A DNA stretch of 64,000 nucleotides from Amphiscolops sp. MND2022. Taxonomy: Eukaryota. Location of the stretch: assembly GCA_964187785.1 (NCBI GenBank), contig OZ076409.1:66590001-66654000 (forward strand). Reading direction: 5' to 3'. This document shows, piece after piece, positions 12,901 to 24,561 of the stretch. Within the stretch, counting starts at the first letter, position 1; every line of letters begins with the position of its first letter. The notes under the pieces were generated by a model. It worked only from the letters and a program-made list of their open reading frames with translations, ran no database searches and had not been told where the DNA came from. The translations under genes were made by a program, and so were the position numbers.

Positions 12901-14853
12901 AATTTGTGGAAAAACTCCGTATCGCAGAGGAATCATCCTAGCTTCTCATGGTTGCGCGTGACTAAACGTTGCAATATGAACACGTGTTTGCAATTCAATG
13001 AAATTGGACAGGGTATCACTTTCAAGAATCCTCAATATTGAAAAAAAACAAGTCGGGACCGGCCCAAGTCGGCGCCATATCCAAGGCTCAAAAATAGCAA
13101 AAGGACTTCCAAGTGTCAATTTACAGTAGTTCAAATCGAAAAACCAAAAAAAGTGGACAGAGGGGGACACTTCTGAAATTTTCAACATTATTGTCGCAGT
13201 TGAAGGGAGGACCTTTTGGCGAAAAAGCAAATTTTCGAAAAAAGACTCACAATGCCGAAAAACAGAAAGGGGGACCTTTCGGGATTTTTAAACACCCATT
13301 CTGTTGTAAAATATCAAAGAAATTGAAGGGGGTACCCTTTGGAGAGAAAAAAAATAGAAAAAGTCTCACAATGCCAAAAAACTGAAAGGGGGGACCCTTT
13401 GGGGTTTTCCAACATCCATTCTGTCACAAAACAGCAGAAAAATTGAAGGGGGACCCTTTGGGGAAAAATTTTTTTTCGCAAAAAAAGTCTCGTAATGACG
13501 AAAAAAAATTGAAAAGGGGGACCCTTTGGTCTCGCCCGGTATGGTATGTTACGCGCGAAAACAGGAAAAATCTTTTTGGTTCAGTTCGCTAGGCCAAATG
13601 GTGCAATTTGGTGCAATAATATTTTGTAGAACTTTAAGAACTATTTTGGTCAGTTCGTGTGGATTGAAAAAAAAAGAAAAAGTCACTATAATAGTCGCGT
13701 TTCACTTCATGAAGCGCCGACTAAAAACAAAACATCATTAGACTCAACTTGGAAGACAAAGAAATTACGGACAAGACTAAAAAAATTTCACTGACCTGGA
13801 TCCGTTTGGCAGCGAATTGTCGCAATTAGAGTCGGAATCTTCTCCGTCTAGATTGTCTTTCCAAGCAGCCATCATTTCTAGCACGTTTGAGGGTTGTTCC
13901 TTGGGGTCATTCCAATCTGACCCGGTCAAAAAGGGGTGATGCAACACTTCTCCTGTACTCAACCTGTGGGTGGCCTTAGGGTGTAGCATCTTCACAATCA
14001 AGTGTTTGGCAGCATCTGATATTGAGGCCCAGACAGGTTTGTTAAAATTAAGTTTCGCAGCACAAATTAGTTTGTAAAGTGTTTCTTCGTTGTCTGAGTA
14101 GAAGGGAAAGGTTTTAGAAAGGAGTTGGAACAGGATGACACCTAAGGACCACACATCACACAAGTGGTTATACCCCGTGTTTTTCACAACCTCGGGTGCC
14201 ATGTACAAAGGGGTGCCTACCCACGTGTCAATCATAGAGTCCTGGCCGTCTTTGATTACGCTGAGTCCGAAATCAATGATGCGAATGTCAAAATCAACCG
14301 CGTGTTTTTCAGTATCACCAGCAGGGTGAGATTTACACAAAATATTTTCTAATTTTAGGTCCCTGTGGACGATGCCGCCTTGGTGTATGTAGCGCACAGC
14401 TTCCACAATTTTGGTGAAAATTTCTTTGGTTTCCTCTTCTGTGAATTTTCCACGTTTCAGAACCTGCTTCTTCAAATCGTCTTTATCGCAATAGTCAAAA
14501 ACCAGGTACATTGATCGGTTAGTCTCAAAGATACCATGCAGCACAATTATGTTTGGGTGCTTCACTCGTTTTAGAATGTCGACCTCCCGTTGCAACAGCT
14601 TTAGCCCCATGGTTCCCGCCTTTTCCTTGTTGACTTTCTTTATTGCGACACATTCTCCTGTGTTTGGGTCGTCGGCTAGTATCACAGTTCCGAAACTGCC
14701 TTTTCCCAGAACTTGATCATACTTCACATTGTACTTCTCCTGAATTGATGAAGAGTCTTTGATCCTTATATGAGAAATGGGAGACCTCTGGTGACCCCTG
14801 TCGTCAAACCCTGTCGCTGCATTTTGAAACGAGGACGAATGCGATGACGTCAT
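9992..14853 (-). CDS. STK33: Serine/threonine kinase 33-like (CAMK group), two exons: 14853-13796 and 10412-9992, about 492 aa
   Basis: Complete kinase motifs GKGSFG, AIKK, HRDLKLEN, DFG and APE, plus STK33-typical SHIRI, KKVNKEKAG and NVLEMM. Donor CAG|GTCAGT at 13795 and acceptor TTCAG at 10413 are both phase 2 and join the kinase in frame to the Ser-rich ORF ending at 9992. Confidence 0.85.
11950..12233. mobile_element. MITE-like element with perfect 57-bp terminal inverted repeats, in the STK33 intron
   Basis: AGTTATTCAAAATTGTGG...GTAAGTCT (11950-12006) is the reverse complement of 12177-12233. No clear TSD. Confidence 0.7.
13047..13726 (-). mobile_element. HINE family 1 copy in the STK33 intron
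   Basis: Reverse complement of the 1969-2627 element, with both termini present. Confidence 0.7.
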
Positions 14854-17800
14854 AGAAACGAAGTGGCCCAGCCAATCAGATTGAAGATTGCGTTATGCAG
14901 GTTAACGACTTAGACTGCAAAGTTCCATAAAAGATGGTACTTTTAGAAACTTGCTTCTGAGGTAGTAATCTTGTAATAACAAAGGTAAGTATAATAAGTG
15001 AAATTGCGCCTAAAATCATTCATGCAGTGAAACATATTTGGAAATCATTATTTTATCAGAAAAATAAATTTCATTTTTAAGTGCACAGTTAATAATACAG
15101 CCTGAAATGAAACACAGACCATAAGATTATACGTAAAATTTAAAAATATAGACAAGAATATATATGGGCTTGGTATATTTGCACCAATACCAGTCTATAA
15201 GACCATGCCACTGCGAGCGAGAAGATTCGAAACTATGTTTGCATTGAGAAAAAGCATTGTAGTCTTTCGTAATGGTAATGATAATTTTGTATTTTTCTAC
15301 TTCTTTTATTTGGTCAAAAAACCAGTGGTGGCTGTCCAATTCATTCAGTCAGAGCTTCTTGAACAAATCCAAATGCAGTAATTACAAATGGGCTGCGAGC
15401 CACCGATGCAAAGACAGCCAGAGAAAGTCCAGATATGTTTCTGAGTGTAAGGTCTAAACGTCCAAACACAAATATATATAAAGCTGAGCCGAAACTTTAG
15501 TTTGGACACGTCGAAAATGGAGCAGAAAATGAAGAAAAGCAAAGCTGGCTTGAACTAACAAAACGTAAACAGAACCTGCTTGAATACTTGTTCGTACAAA
15601 ACAGACAGAATTAGAATACCAAAACCAAGCTGGCGAAAGAAAACGAAAGAAAATAATGAAAGCGCGCGAGGCTACATAATCAGCAGAAAAATATAATAGT
15701 GCATGATAGATTGAGATTGATAGCAGCGTTGGCGAAGAAACCGAACCACGAATTAAAAATGACAGAGAAACAGAAAAAATCACAAGACAAATCAAATGGC
15801 TTGGCGGTGCTTCCAATCTGCATCGAAATGGATTTGGAAAAAAAATCAAAAAAACATTCCAGGTGTTTTCACCATCAAACGCTACTACAATGCATGAGTG
15901 CATGAAGCGTGGAAAAATGACCAGTTTTAAAATTAGTGCACCGGCTTTTCAAATTTACAACCAATATCAACGTTATTATGGCATCTGCTCCCGGTCGTGT
16001 CAAATAAAGAAAAGAGACAAAAACAAGAAAAATAGCCGTTTTTTCGGAAACTCCTACTAGGATGAGATGTTAAATTTGACCAAATTTGGGGCTATTCAAA
16101 CAAAGGACGAACAAACCGTATAGTTTACCTTTGTCCAATTTTCATGGTAAGCGATTGTGATTATTATTCCAAACTATTCCGGAACGTAAATTTGTTTACT
16201 TTTCAATAGAAGTGTATTCAACCTTTACATTTAATGGCTATATAGAAATTAACCCATGTGGAAAAACGGACATGGTTTCTAAGAAGGGTCTCGGGTTTTA
16301 AGAAGGTGAAGGGAACAATTTGGTTCTTATTGAAATGCTCGGGGGAACCTAGATTTCAGCGAGGCGTTACTTTTCAGAAGCGTTGCTTTTCATGAAAAAA
16401 ATGCCTGGAACTTATAAAAATGCGGTTATTTTGCAATACTGGCTTCAACAGAGCTGAAGTACCGAAGTTATAAATTGTTGGAGCAAATTCAAATTTTCAA
16501 CATTGCCTGGAAATTTAGAATTTTCCAAAATGCTCTGATAGCACTGGGAAAAATTGAACTTGAAGAGAACGCAGGAATCCAGGAAATTGACATGTTTGTG
16601 TCAGCTTTGTGACAATTTTGGCTCCAAACATATTGCAATGTTTTATGACTTTTGAGTTGACATTTTTTGACTGGGAAATGCCCAGGGTCTGCAATTAACC
16701 TAGATAAGTACAAAAGAGCGTAAGTTGTTGAATTTGTATTGCGCGAAAAAAGAAGAGTGCAATTTCAATATGCTCAAAATTAGAAAATTCATAAGTTTTT
16801 GCTTCCTAAAAATGTTTTCAAGATGCATCTCCCATCTCGGTTGTGCAAAACTACTGTTGAAAAATTATCTTTCTTCGGAATCATTGTACCAAGTTGGACC
16901 GACGTACAGAACTGGATTTTGTGTTTCTCCGACGTCTCGCTTGGCGACAAAACCACTTAATTGTTTGCAATAGTGGCTGCATCAGATTTGTAGCTAATTA
17001 AGTTTGGATGGGGTTTAAGACTGGACAAAAGAAAAGTTTAGGAGCTCGATGAAGTAGCTGAATGAATTGCTAAACCACTAATCCTTAGAACCATGTATTG
17101 TCGATCATCATTTGATGTTCATGAGAAAATCGGTTAGAAAACGGGAAAATAGACGACAAAAAATATATTTTTAAAAGATTCAATTGTGTTTTTATAAAGA
17201 TATCAAAGTATGAACATGAAAAGCAGCAGAGCATCTAAAGAGGACAGAAAAAGATCTTGTACACTACGTCTAGTCTCACTTGAGAACCAGTTATGCGACA
17301 ATCTTTTTTAGAGTAGTTGAACCAATACACCGATCCTAATTTCCATGAACCTAAAGTTAAAAATAATAAATAGCCCAAAAAAATTGAGACTGAATTTTTT
17401 GATAGGAAAAAGTCACACAATGCCGAAATTACCCGAAAGGGTTACCTTCAAGGCTCCAAACGCGTTTTCTATACTGAAAACATCAACAAAACCGAAGCTG
17501 TAATGAAAATGAAATGATTTCCACTATTATTGAAGAAAGTCTCATCATCCATACAGGACCAAAACTAACCAAAGAGATCACATTTGAAACTCGGAAAACT
17601 GTTTTCTTCAACAGAAAACCCAAAAAAATTGAAAATTGTACGACAAAAATCCTTCGGTAAGTCGCACAGTGCTTAACAACTCTACAGGAACACTTATCCT
17701 CTTAAACGCATTAAGCTCAAAAAACGCGATTTCTCAACTGAAAACAGAAAAATTCAAAACAGCGAACCTCGAGTTAGAAAAAGAAAAGTTCGTTATAAGT

Positions 17801-18324
17801 CACATAGAGCCGGAAAACGGTCTTTTCGGCAATTCTTGAGAAAGCTGTTATCTATCAGACCCGCGGCACCAAAGTATAACCGAAGAAGTCGCCCCAGAAA
17901 CTCAGAAAACGGGTTTGCCTAACAGAAAACTTCAAAAAAAATCAAAACTTGTATGAATGCCAGTTTTCGAAAATTTTCTTTGGTAAGGAGCACAGTGCCG
18001 AAAAAACGTAAGGACATCTATGCTCTCGCAAAATGTTTGGTTCCTGCAAAAAATTGAAGTGGGCTCTTCACGTTTTTTAGAACTGAGAAAAGAAGTAGTG
18101 CCAAAAAATTGGCGAAGGAATCTTTTGGTCTTATTTGTACCTTTGCATGCATTTTGTTGTAGTGCAAGATTCGAATCCACGTACACGCAGAGGAACTCAT
18201 TAAGGATTTTAAAAAACTCACTTTAACCTCCATGCCAAGTGGAAAGTACTTTCGAGCTTTCAACCAGCACACCGGGGCTTGAGAAAATGAAAAACAATTA
18301 CCAAATATACTCTTACGTTGAGTG

Positions 18325-18869
18325 TTTTTAGTCGGTGCTTTTTTACGAAAAGTGCCCGACTATTACAGTGGCTAGTTTCTTTTCCTTCTTTTGTTTCGTC
18401 AGACCACAGATCTCACCCTGTAGGTACCACTTTTTAGTACAAACTTTATTCGGTTTATGGGGAACACAGCGGTCTCGTGCATAACTTTTTCGTGCATTTA
18501 CGGAAAAGGACGTGACTGAAGCGTCCCCCTTTCAATTTTTTTCATGTCACCTAATTTTTTTCATGTCTCCAAAGGTTCCCCCTCCAATGTTTTTAAAAAT
18601 ATTTTGCAACAAACTATAGTTTCAAAACACCCAACGGGCCTCCCCTTTCACATTTTTGGCACTATGAGACTGTTTCAAAATTCTCATTTTTCGCATGAAA
18701 TTAGGTTTCCTCAATATATACCCACAAATAATTCTCTTTTCAATACTATCCGAATTTTTCACGTTATATCCGAATTATATTGCGTTTTACTAAGGAGGAG
18801 GTGGAGGTTCGAGAACAGGAGTTTTCATGAAGAGAGATATAGCGCCGACTTTACACGTTCTCGTTTTGT
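18325..18869 (+). mobile_element. Diverged HINE family 1 copy
   Basis: TTTTAGTCGGTGC...CCCGACTA at the 5' end and AGCGCCGACTTTACACGTTCTCG at the 3' end. Confidence 0.5.
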
Positions 18870-20944
18870 AACTGGTCGTAAAGGGGGAGAGGGAGAGTAA
18901 AATATAATTATTTGCGAGCGAAGGTGCAATATCTCCCGAGTTGGCTAGTCTCGTTGGAATTAGCGTTATTACCCAACTAAAAACGACGATCCGATGAAAT
19001 TCGTGAAATTCTGACTATTTAATTTTGGCCTGCGAGTCTCTTTTGATAGCTACCTCAAGGATTCAGTGACAGTATTTTCTGAACCTCTCAGATTGGGACC
19101 AATGTTTGATATGGTCAGTCCCAGGGGCGACAAATCTAAAAAGCAGTCGTCAACCAGCTTTTGTCTGAAAAATTGAAGTTTTGTCTGAAAAATTGAACTT
19201 GTCACCTTTTATTAAACGAAATGCTTATTCTTGCATAACCTGGATCACTTTTTTACTCTAACGAAATCTTTCCAAAAATTGTATAAATGTTCATACGAGA
19301 AGGGGTCATGAAAGTTGCTTAAAGTGCTGAAAAACGAGTGTTCTAAAGTTGGAAGTAATTCCGGTCTTCTAAAGGCGATTGTTGTTTTCTTGATGGTCTG
19401 TAAGATACCGGCTACTTTTCTTGTCATAAATACCTTAGCGTGTTAGCGAACTATTTGAATCTGGCAGTTAGTTAACTTTTTCAAATTAGCTTGACCTTCA
19501 GGTTTGGGCGCAATGTTTCGCAGTAGTTATTAAATTTGGAAATTTCGCAGCAATCTTTATATCGAAAAGGTTCATAGTGTATGATACGCGTTCAAAGTAG
19601 GTAAGAGGAACAAGTTTATTTCTGATTGTACCGAAGCCTCAATTTTTTGAATAGTACCCAAAAACATGCCAATCTTTTCTCTCCAAGGGTCGTCACTAAA
19701 ACCTAGGTTATAATAAACATTCCACTTTGGTTATCGTGTTTTTAATTTAGGTAGTACTATTTTGTTTGACTCACTTGTTCGTTGAGTGTTGTTCAACTCC
19801 ATATCAAACAGAACTATTAGTTTACCGCTTGGTTTGCTACTAAAATTTCCAGAACATATTTGTGGTATTGTATATCGCTATGCCATCTCCAAGAGTATTG
19901 AAGACATAGCTGATGGTCCAAAACCATTTTTTGTTGAAAAATTGTCTCTCCCGCATTGTTTAATCCTTTTCAGCTCATAGTTGCCACTTTGCAACGTACC
20001 GAAGAATTAAAATTTGCAGTTGTTTTAATTGTGTATAACTTCAGCGTATTGGAAAAAAGTCCGCCTATCTGCTCAAAAATGAAAAACAATTTTTTGTGCC
20101 ATTTAATGAAAAGAGCGCAGAAGAGGGTTGATCCGTTTCAAATGATTCATACCGTAGTTTCAAGTGTTGTGACATATGACGTAGGAGGTCACATCCTCAA
20201 GTTGAGTTAAGTACCCATTAGCCTATAAAATGAAGTACTAAGATGTATAATCATTTCACGTTGAGATTCGATAGCTAACAGAAAACAGTTTTATATCTTA
20301 CTTTATTTTCGAATGACCTGGAGCTGTCAGAAATGTAAAAAGTGTCAACTTCAGAACGAAATCGCAAGAGAAGTTTCGCCAACGAGGATCCACGAACAAC
20401 AGAAAAACAACAAAGACACATCAAAACGTAACCTGACTAATTTTCGAAAGAAGAGGTATGCAAGAAGCAAAACTATGGTTAAGACGTTTCATCCAATACA
20501 TAAAGATGACCCAGAACATCCGAGATGGCCAATGCAAACTGGTCAAGACAACACAACAGTACAGCAAAATCAACCGAATGCAAAAATTTCAGAAGAAAAG
20601 GACACTTCGAAAAAATGTACAGACTACGGAGAAGAAAACAATACATAGAAAAAAAATCAACTTCTTCAGCGGAAGATGACCTTTGACACTCTAGCAAATT
20701 ACAAGAAATCAATAAGAAAAGGAAGAAAAATGTTACCACGCAACGCAAAAAAAAACAAATTCCAAATAACGAGAACTCAAGACTTTTCTGTACCCACTTC
20801 AATACGTTTCCAAACACAAAAAAACCATAACACGACACAGCCATACAAAGAAGAATACTGAGAATACTAAATGAAAGCAACAGAGAGGAATAACACACCG
20901 AAACCTTCAGGGTATAACGAAAGCCCCATACCTACACATTTCCA

Positions 20945-21655
20945 TTATTGCAGCGAAATTGACTGACAACCCGAACCAGTACGAAAAGTAGGTGCAAATT
21001 TGAAGCAATTACTATTACAATCGAACCAATAAGAACGGGAAATAGATCTCAAGAAACCTATACTGTCGTAAGCACGAGTATCTGAGGATGTAAATCCGTC
21101 TTTCTGGCGGTCACCAAGTGTCTTACTCTTCAAATGATTTCTAGAGTCTGAATTACGCAGAACTTCAGAATATCCTTCCGGTCTCTCAGACGGAACGTTC
21201 CATCTCTCTTTGGTCATATGTCCGGAATCGGCCATAAGGGCATTTTGAATCTGGGGAAGAACTTGATTACTAATTGCCTCACTTATAGCTCTTTGAATCT
21301 GCACGCTGACACTGTTCATCATCTCATCCATCTCCCGAGATATACGGGAATTTAACTCACTCGACAATCTGTTGATCTCAGCATTAGAACTGCCTCTAAC
21401 TGAGTTCTGACCTAATTCGGCATTTGGACTAGGTCCGTTGTTTTCAGAGTTAAATAACCTATTTTCGTCCTCATTTTCAAATTCATCACCAAAAGGACTA
21501 CCAGGTCTTCTGGCCTGGTTACTATTTAGGCTCTCACTTCTTCCATTTCTATTATAATGATTTCCTCCGAGCATTATGTCCAAATTCTCAATATCTGACA
21601 ACATTTCTGCCTCTCTTGATTTTCTCGCTTTCTTTTGTTTCCTTGTGGTAGGCAT
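20945..21655 (-). CDS. LTR-encoded Gag N-terminus (197 aa) reading out into flanking DNA (39 aa more)
   Basis: Nearly identical to the Gag N-terminus up to RAYD at the LTR edge, then continues in host flank. Expression unknown. Confidence 0.45.
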   Translation of the reverse strand: MPTTRKQKKARKSREAEMLSDIENLDIMLGGNHYNRNGRSESLNSNQARRPGSPFGDEFENEDENRLFNSENNGPSPNAELGQNSVRGSSNAEINRLSSELNSRISREMDEMMNSVSVQIQRAISEAISNQVLPQIQNALMADSGHMTKERWNVPSERPEGYSEVLRNSDSRNHLKSKTLGDRQKDGFTSSDTRAYDSIGFLRSISRSYWFDCNSNCFKFAPTFRTGSGCQSISLQ

Positions 21656-22909
21656 TGAAATTGAACCGGGTTGAATAATTTAATTATTAAAACCGGAAAA
21701 CTGACAAACGTCGTTGTAATAAAACAATCTTTATCAAAGTAAGGTTATGGAAATTGTGTCTCCCTTTGCAGGAAAGTGACTATATATACTCCTGAAAGAT
21801 GACACTTGCATTCCACGGATTCTTTGATCAAGATAATATCATGTGGTTATGTCCTCAACAGGTCATGTGACAAATATCATTACGGCATCGGGTATTAATA
21901 CTTCAAAGCAACTATTTTAGGGTGATGTCCCGATTGGGAAAATTCCTAACATTTTACAATCACAACTATTCATTCATCAAAGGCGGCATCAAAATATTTA
22001 CTAGCGCATCAAATGAAATTTCCGTCTATCAAAGAAACTAGTACTCATCATGAATATAAATAACATTGCATACATTCCTTTCTGGCACGTGCCACCACGT
22101 GACCTAAATTAGCTTTACAGCAGTGTGAAGCACCTCATGTTATTAGGCCCAATACGGCCAATTGACATATTAATAATTATATGCGTTGATTAACCGATTA
22201 GCCCCAAATACATGTACTGCATCACATTCCAAAGGAACGTAACAATTCCAATGGCCGGGAATAGCCGGCTAATTAATGGGCAAGTACTAATGAAATATGG
22301 CCTTAAGGGCCTAGCAAAAGGTTGGGTATTAAAACGAAGCATCGGTCAAGGACAAAGATCTGGCTATTATGAAAACATAAACTCAACAAACATGATTTGT
22401 TACATGTTAAATTATCACCTTATTTCAATCTTGAACTAATGGGACGGAACCGGCCATTTGACCAGTGTACCAAAAGAGAATATTAAAAGCGCGGTAATTG
22501 GCCTTACTCGGCCATTAATTAAATAGCATCAATAAACGAGATTGCATACTGCAATATGATTGGTTGAGGTAACGTGTTCAAGTGACGCTGGCGGTACATT
22601 GCCGTACGTTACTTGAACTCGTTTCCTATACTGCCTTACAGTTGCTCGTTTCATTGTATTTCCTATTGCTTTAAATTAGCGCCTTACAACTCCATCAACT
22701 CGATTGAAATTTCCAATTGTTAGATTTAACAGACTAATTGTATATAAAATGAGCGTCATCAATGATCATAATGCACAAAATAACAAAATGGCGTGAAAGT
22801 TTGATATCAATTGTAAGTTCTTAATAAATAGGTAAGGTTCCGGGTACATATTCTTGGCCAACTGCCGAAGTAGTTACTGTCGTGCCGTCACAGGCGGCAG
22901 CCTGCGACA
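21064..22909 (-). repeat. 3' LTR of element A
   Basis: Matches 35506-37351, with only two substitutions noticed by eye. Confidence 0.95.
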
Positions 22910-23603
22910 CTGCGGGTGTTATGAAAAGAAAGCATCCTGCATTAAGCCCATTCTCGTAGGCTTCTTTCCTCAACTTCGTGATGTGCTCGGGCTCGTTCCT
23001 TGGGGTGGATCGTTCCATATACCATCTGACTCTCTCACTCTTGATTGCATCTACAGAGCGGCCGCAAACCATACACCCAGTATATTGGGTCTCGCTGACG
23101 TTTTGGTAGGGCACCGAGTTCTGCACGTGATAAGACACATGAAAATCACTTACTGCGGGCTGGGTCAGAGGAGTGTCCTGGCTTGGCCCCCTCTCATGGA
23201 TTGGTGGAGACATCGGTGATTCTAGCACTGGCAGCAGCGTCTTGCAGAGCTCAATTCGTGTTTTCTCCGCTCTTTTTGACGGGGCATAGCACCTTTCGTG
23301 ATCAAAGTATTTTGTGTCTAACTTGGGAGTCACATCTTGCCCCGGCTGCCTGGTGCTTGGTCCTGCGACCATTTCTTCCTCCATACTGCTAGTCGTCATG
23401 ACACGTCCGGCAATTAGAATGGGGCTGGACACTACCTGCTTCTCCACCCTTCTGATCATTTCGTCCGTGTCCGTCGACCAGTCTGAGTCCAAATCAACTG
23501 AGGTTTCCTCATCGCTGCTTATGTAAATGACTGAATCGCCTGATGAGTCTGAGTCCAGTTCAGCCATCTCGAAGAGCTTTCCAGATTTTGCGTATTTATC
23601 CAT
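22821..23603 (-). CDS. ORF3 of element A: acidic protein of about 260 aa with a SIM-like motif and CxxC; stop codon lies inside the 3' LTR
   Basis: Open frame from ATG 23603 (track ORF starts at TTG 23651). The C-terminal peptide VSQAAACDGT.VTTSA.GQE.VPGTLPIY* is conserved with synonymous changes at the start of the element B LTR (55072-55160). Confidence 0.75.
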   Translation of the reverse strand: MDKYAKSGKLFEMAELDSDSSGDSVIYISSDEETSVDLDSDWSTDTDEMIRRVEKQVVSSPILIAGRVMTTSSMEEEMVAGPSTRQPGQDVTPKLDTKYFDHERCYAPSKRAEKTRIELCKTLLPVLESPMSPPIHERGPSQDTPLTQPAVSDFHVSYHVQNSVPYQNVSETQYTGCMVCGRSVDAIKSERVRWYMERSTPRNEPEHITKLRKEAYENGLNAGCFLFITPAVSQAAACDGTTVTTSAVGQEYVPGTLPIY

Positions 23604-24561
23604 GATGAATTTTTTAGCTATTTTGAAGTTTATGAAGGCAACTAGCTGCAAGTGAGATTCAAAGTTGAATGAATTTATAAAACTCTCCTCAGGCCGACTC
23701 GGGCCGTTTTCCCGGGGTTTCGTTTCAGCGGCAGAATCTTTGGTTAATCGGTCTGATCCGTCGTAAACTTTCCTGAATGGAGTTTCACAGCGGCGGTCCG
23801 CCCTTTGAATATCGGAACGCTGCCCCCCGAGCCCACCCTCTCAAGTAGGTAATCAGAGAGGTGTTAAGTTAACAACAACAAATAACTCCACTTCAAGAGG
23901 GTAATTAACATCAAGCTTGATATCAATTAACGGCACGCGTCAGATAAAGCCTACTAAAATGGCTTCAGCCAATCAAATTTGAGTTTCGATAAATTTGAAA
24001 AATGAATAATAAAGATGGCGAAAAATAATAATTTGAATAACTAAAATGGCGAAAATGATAAACCAAAATAATTTAGAATGGCGGAAACAACAATTTGAGT
24101 AACTATAATAACGGAAGTCCCAATTAGGATAACGAGCGAAATGGAACAAGATGATAAACTGAAATAGGGTAAACGGCCGTAATCGGCCAATAATTCCATA
24201 AGTTGTAAATAATGAAGTAAACTTTGTACATTTCGCTGGCAGACTCCATGTACTGAATAAATATGTAAATAATTAAATAATATTAGTCTGGTAATTTCTT
24301 CAGCCACGACCTCCAACTTTTATCTCTTTTCAATTGTTAACACGCATTTAGTTCCATTACCATTTAAATTGTTTACATTTGTATCCTTCAGTCTTTACTA
24401 TTCCGCTTTCCTTATCTGGATCTTCAACTTCGTTGTTGGCTTCTTCTTCCCTTTACGGAGCCCTCCGAGCCTTTCTTTCATCAGCCGTGTTAGGCCGTCT
24501 TCCCCATACTCTTCATCCGAATTTGGATAGAATCCCTTAGAACGAATTCTTCCACAACAGA

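Noticed and set aside
21064..22909. Segmental duplication or assembly artefact explanation for the 1.8-kb repeat
   Set aside because: TG...CA ends, the PBS and the TATAC TSD identify the two copies as LTRs.
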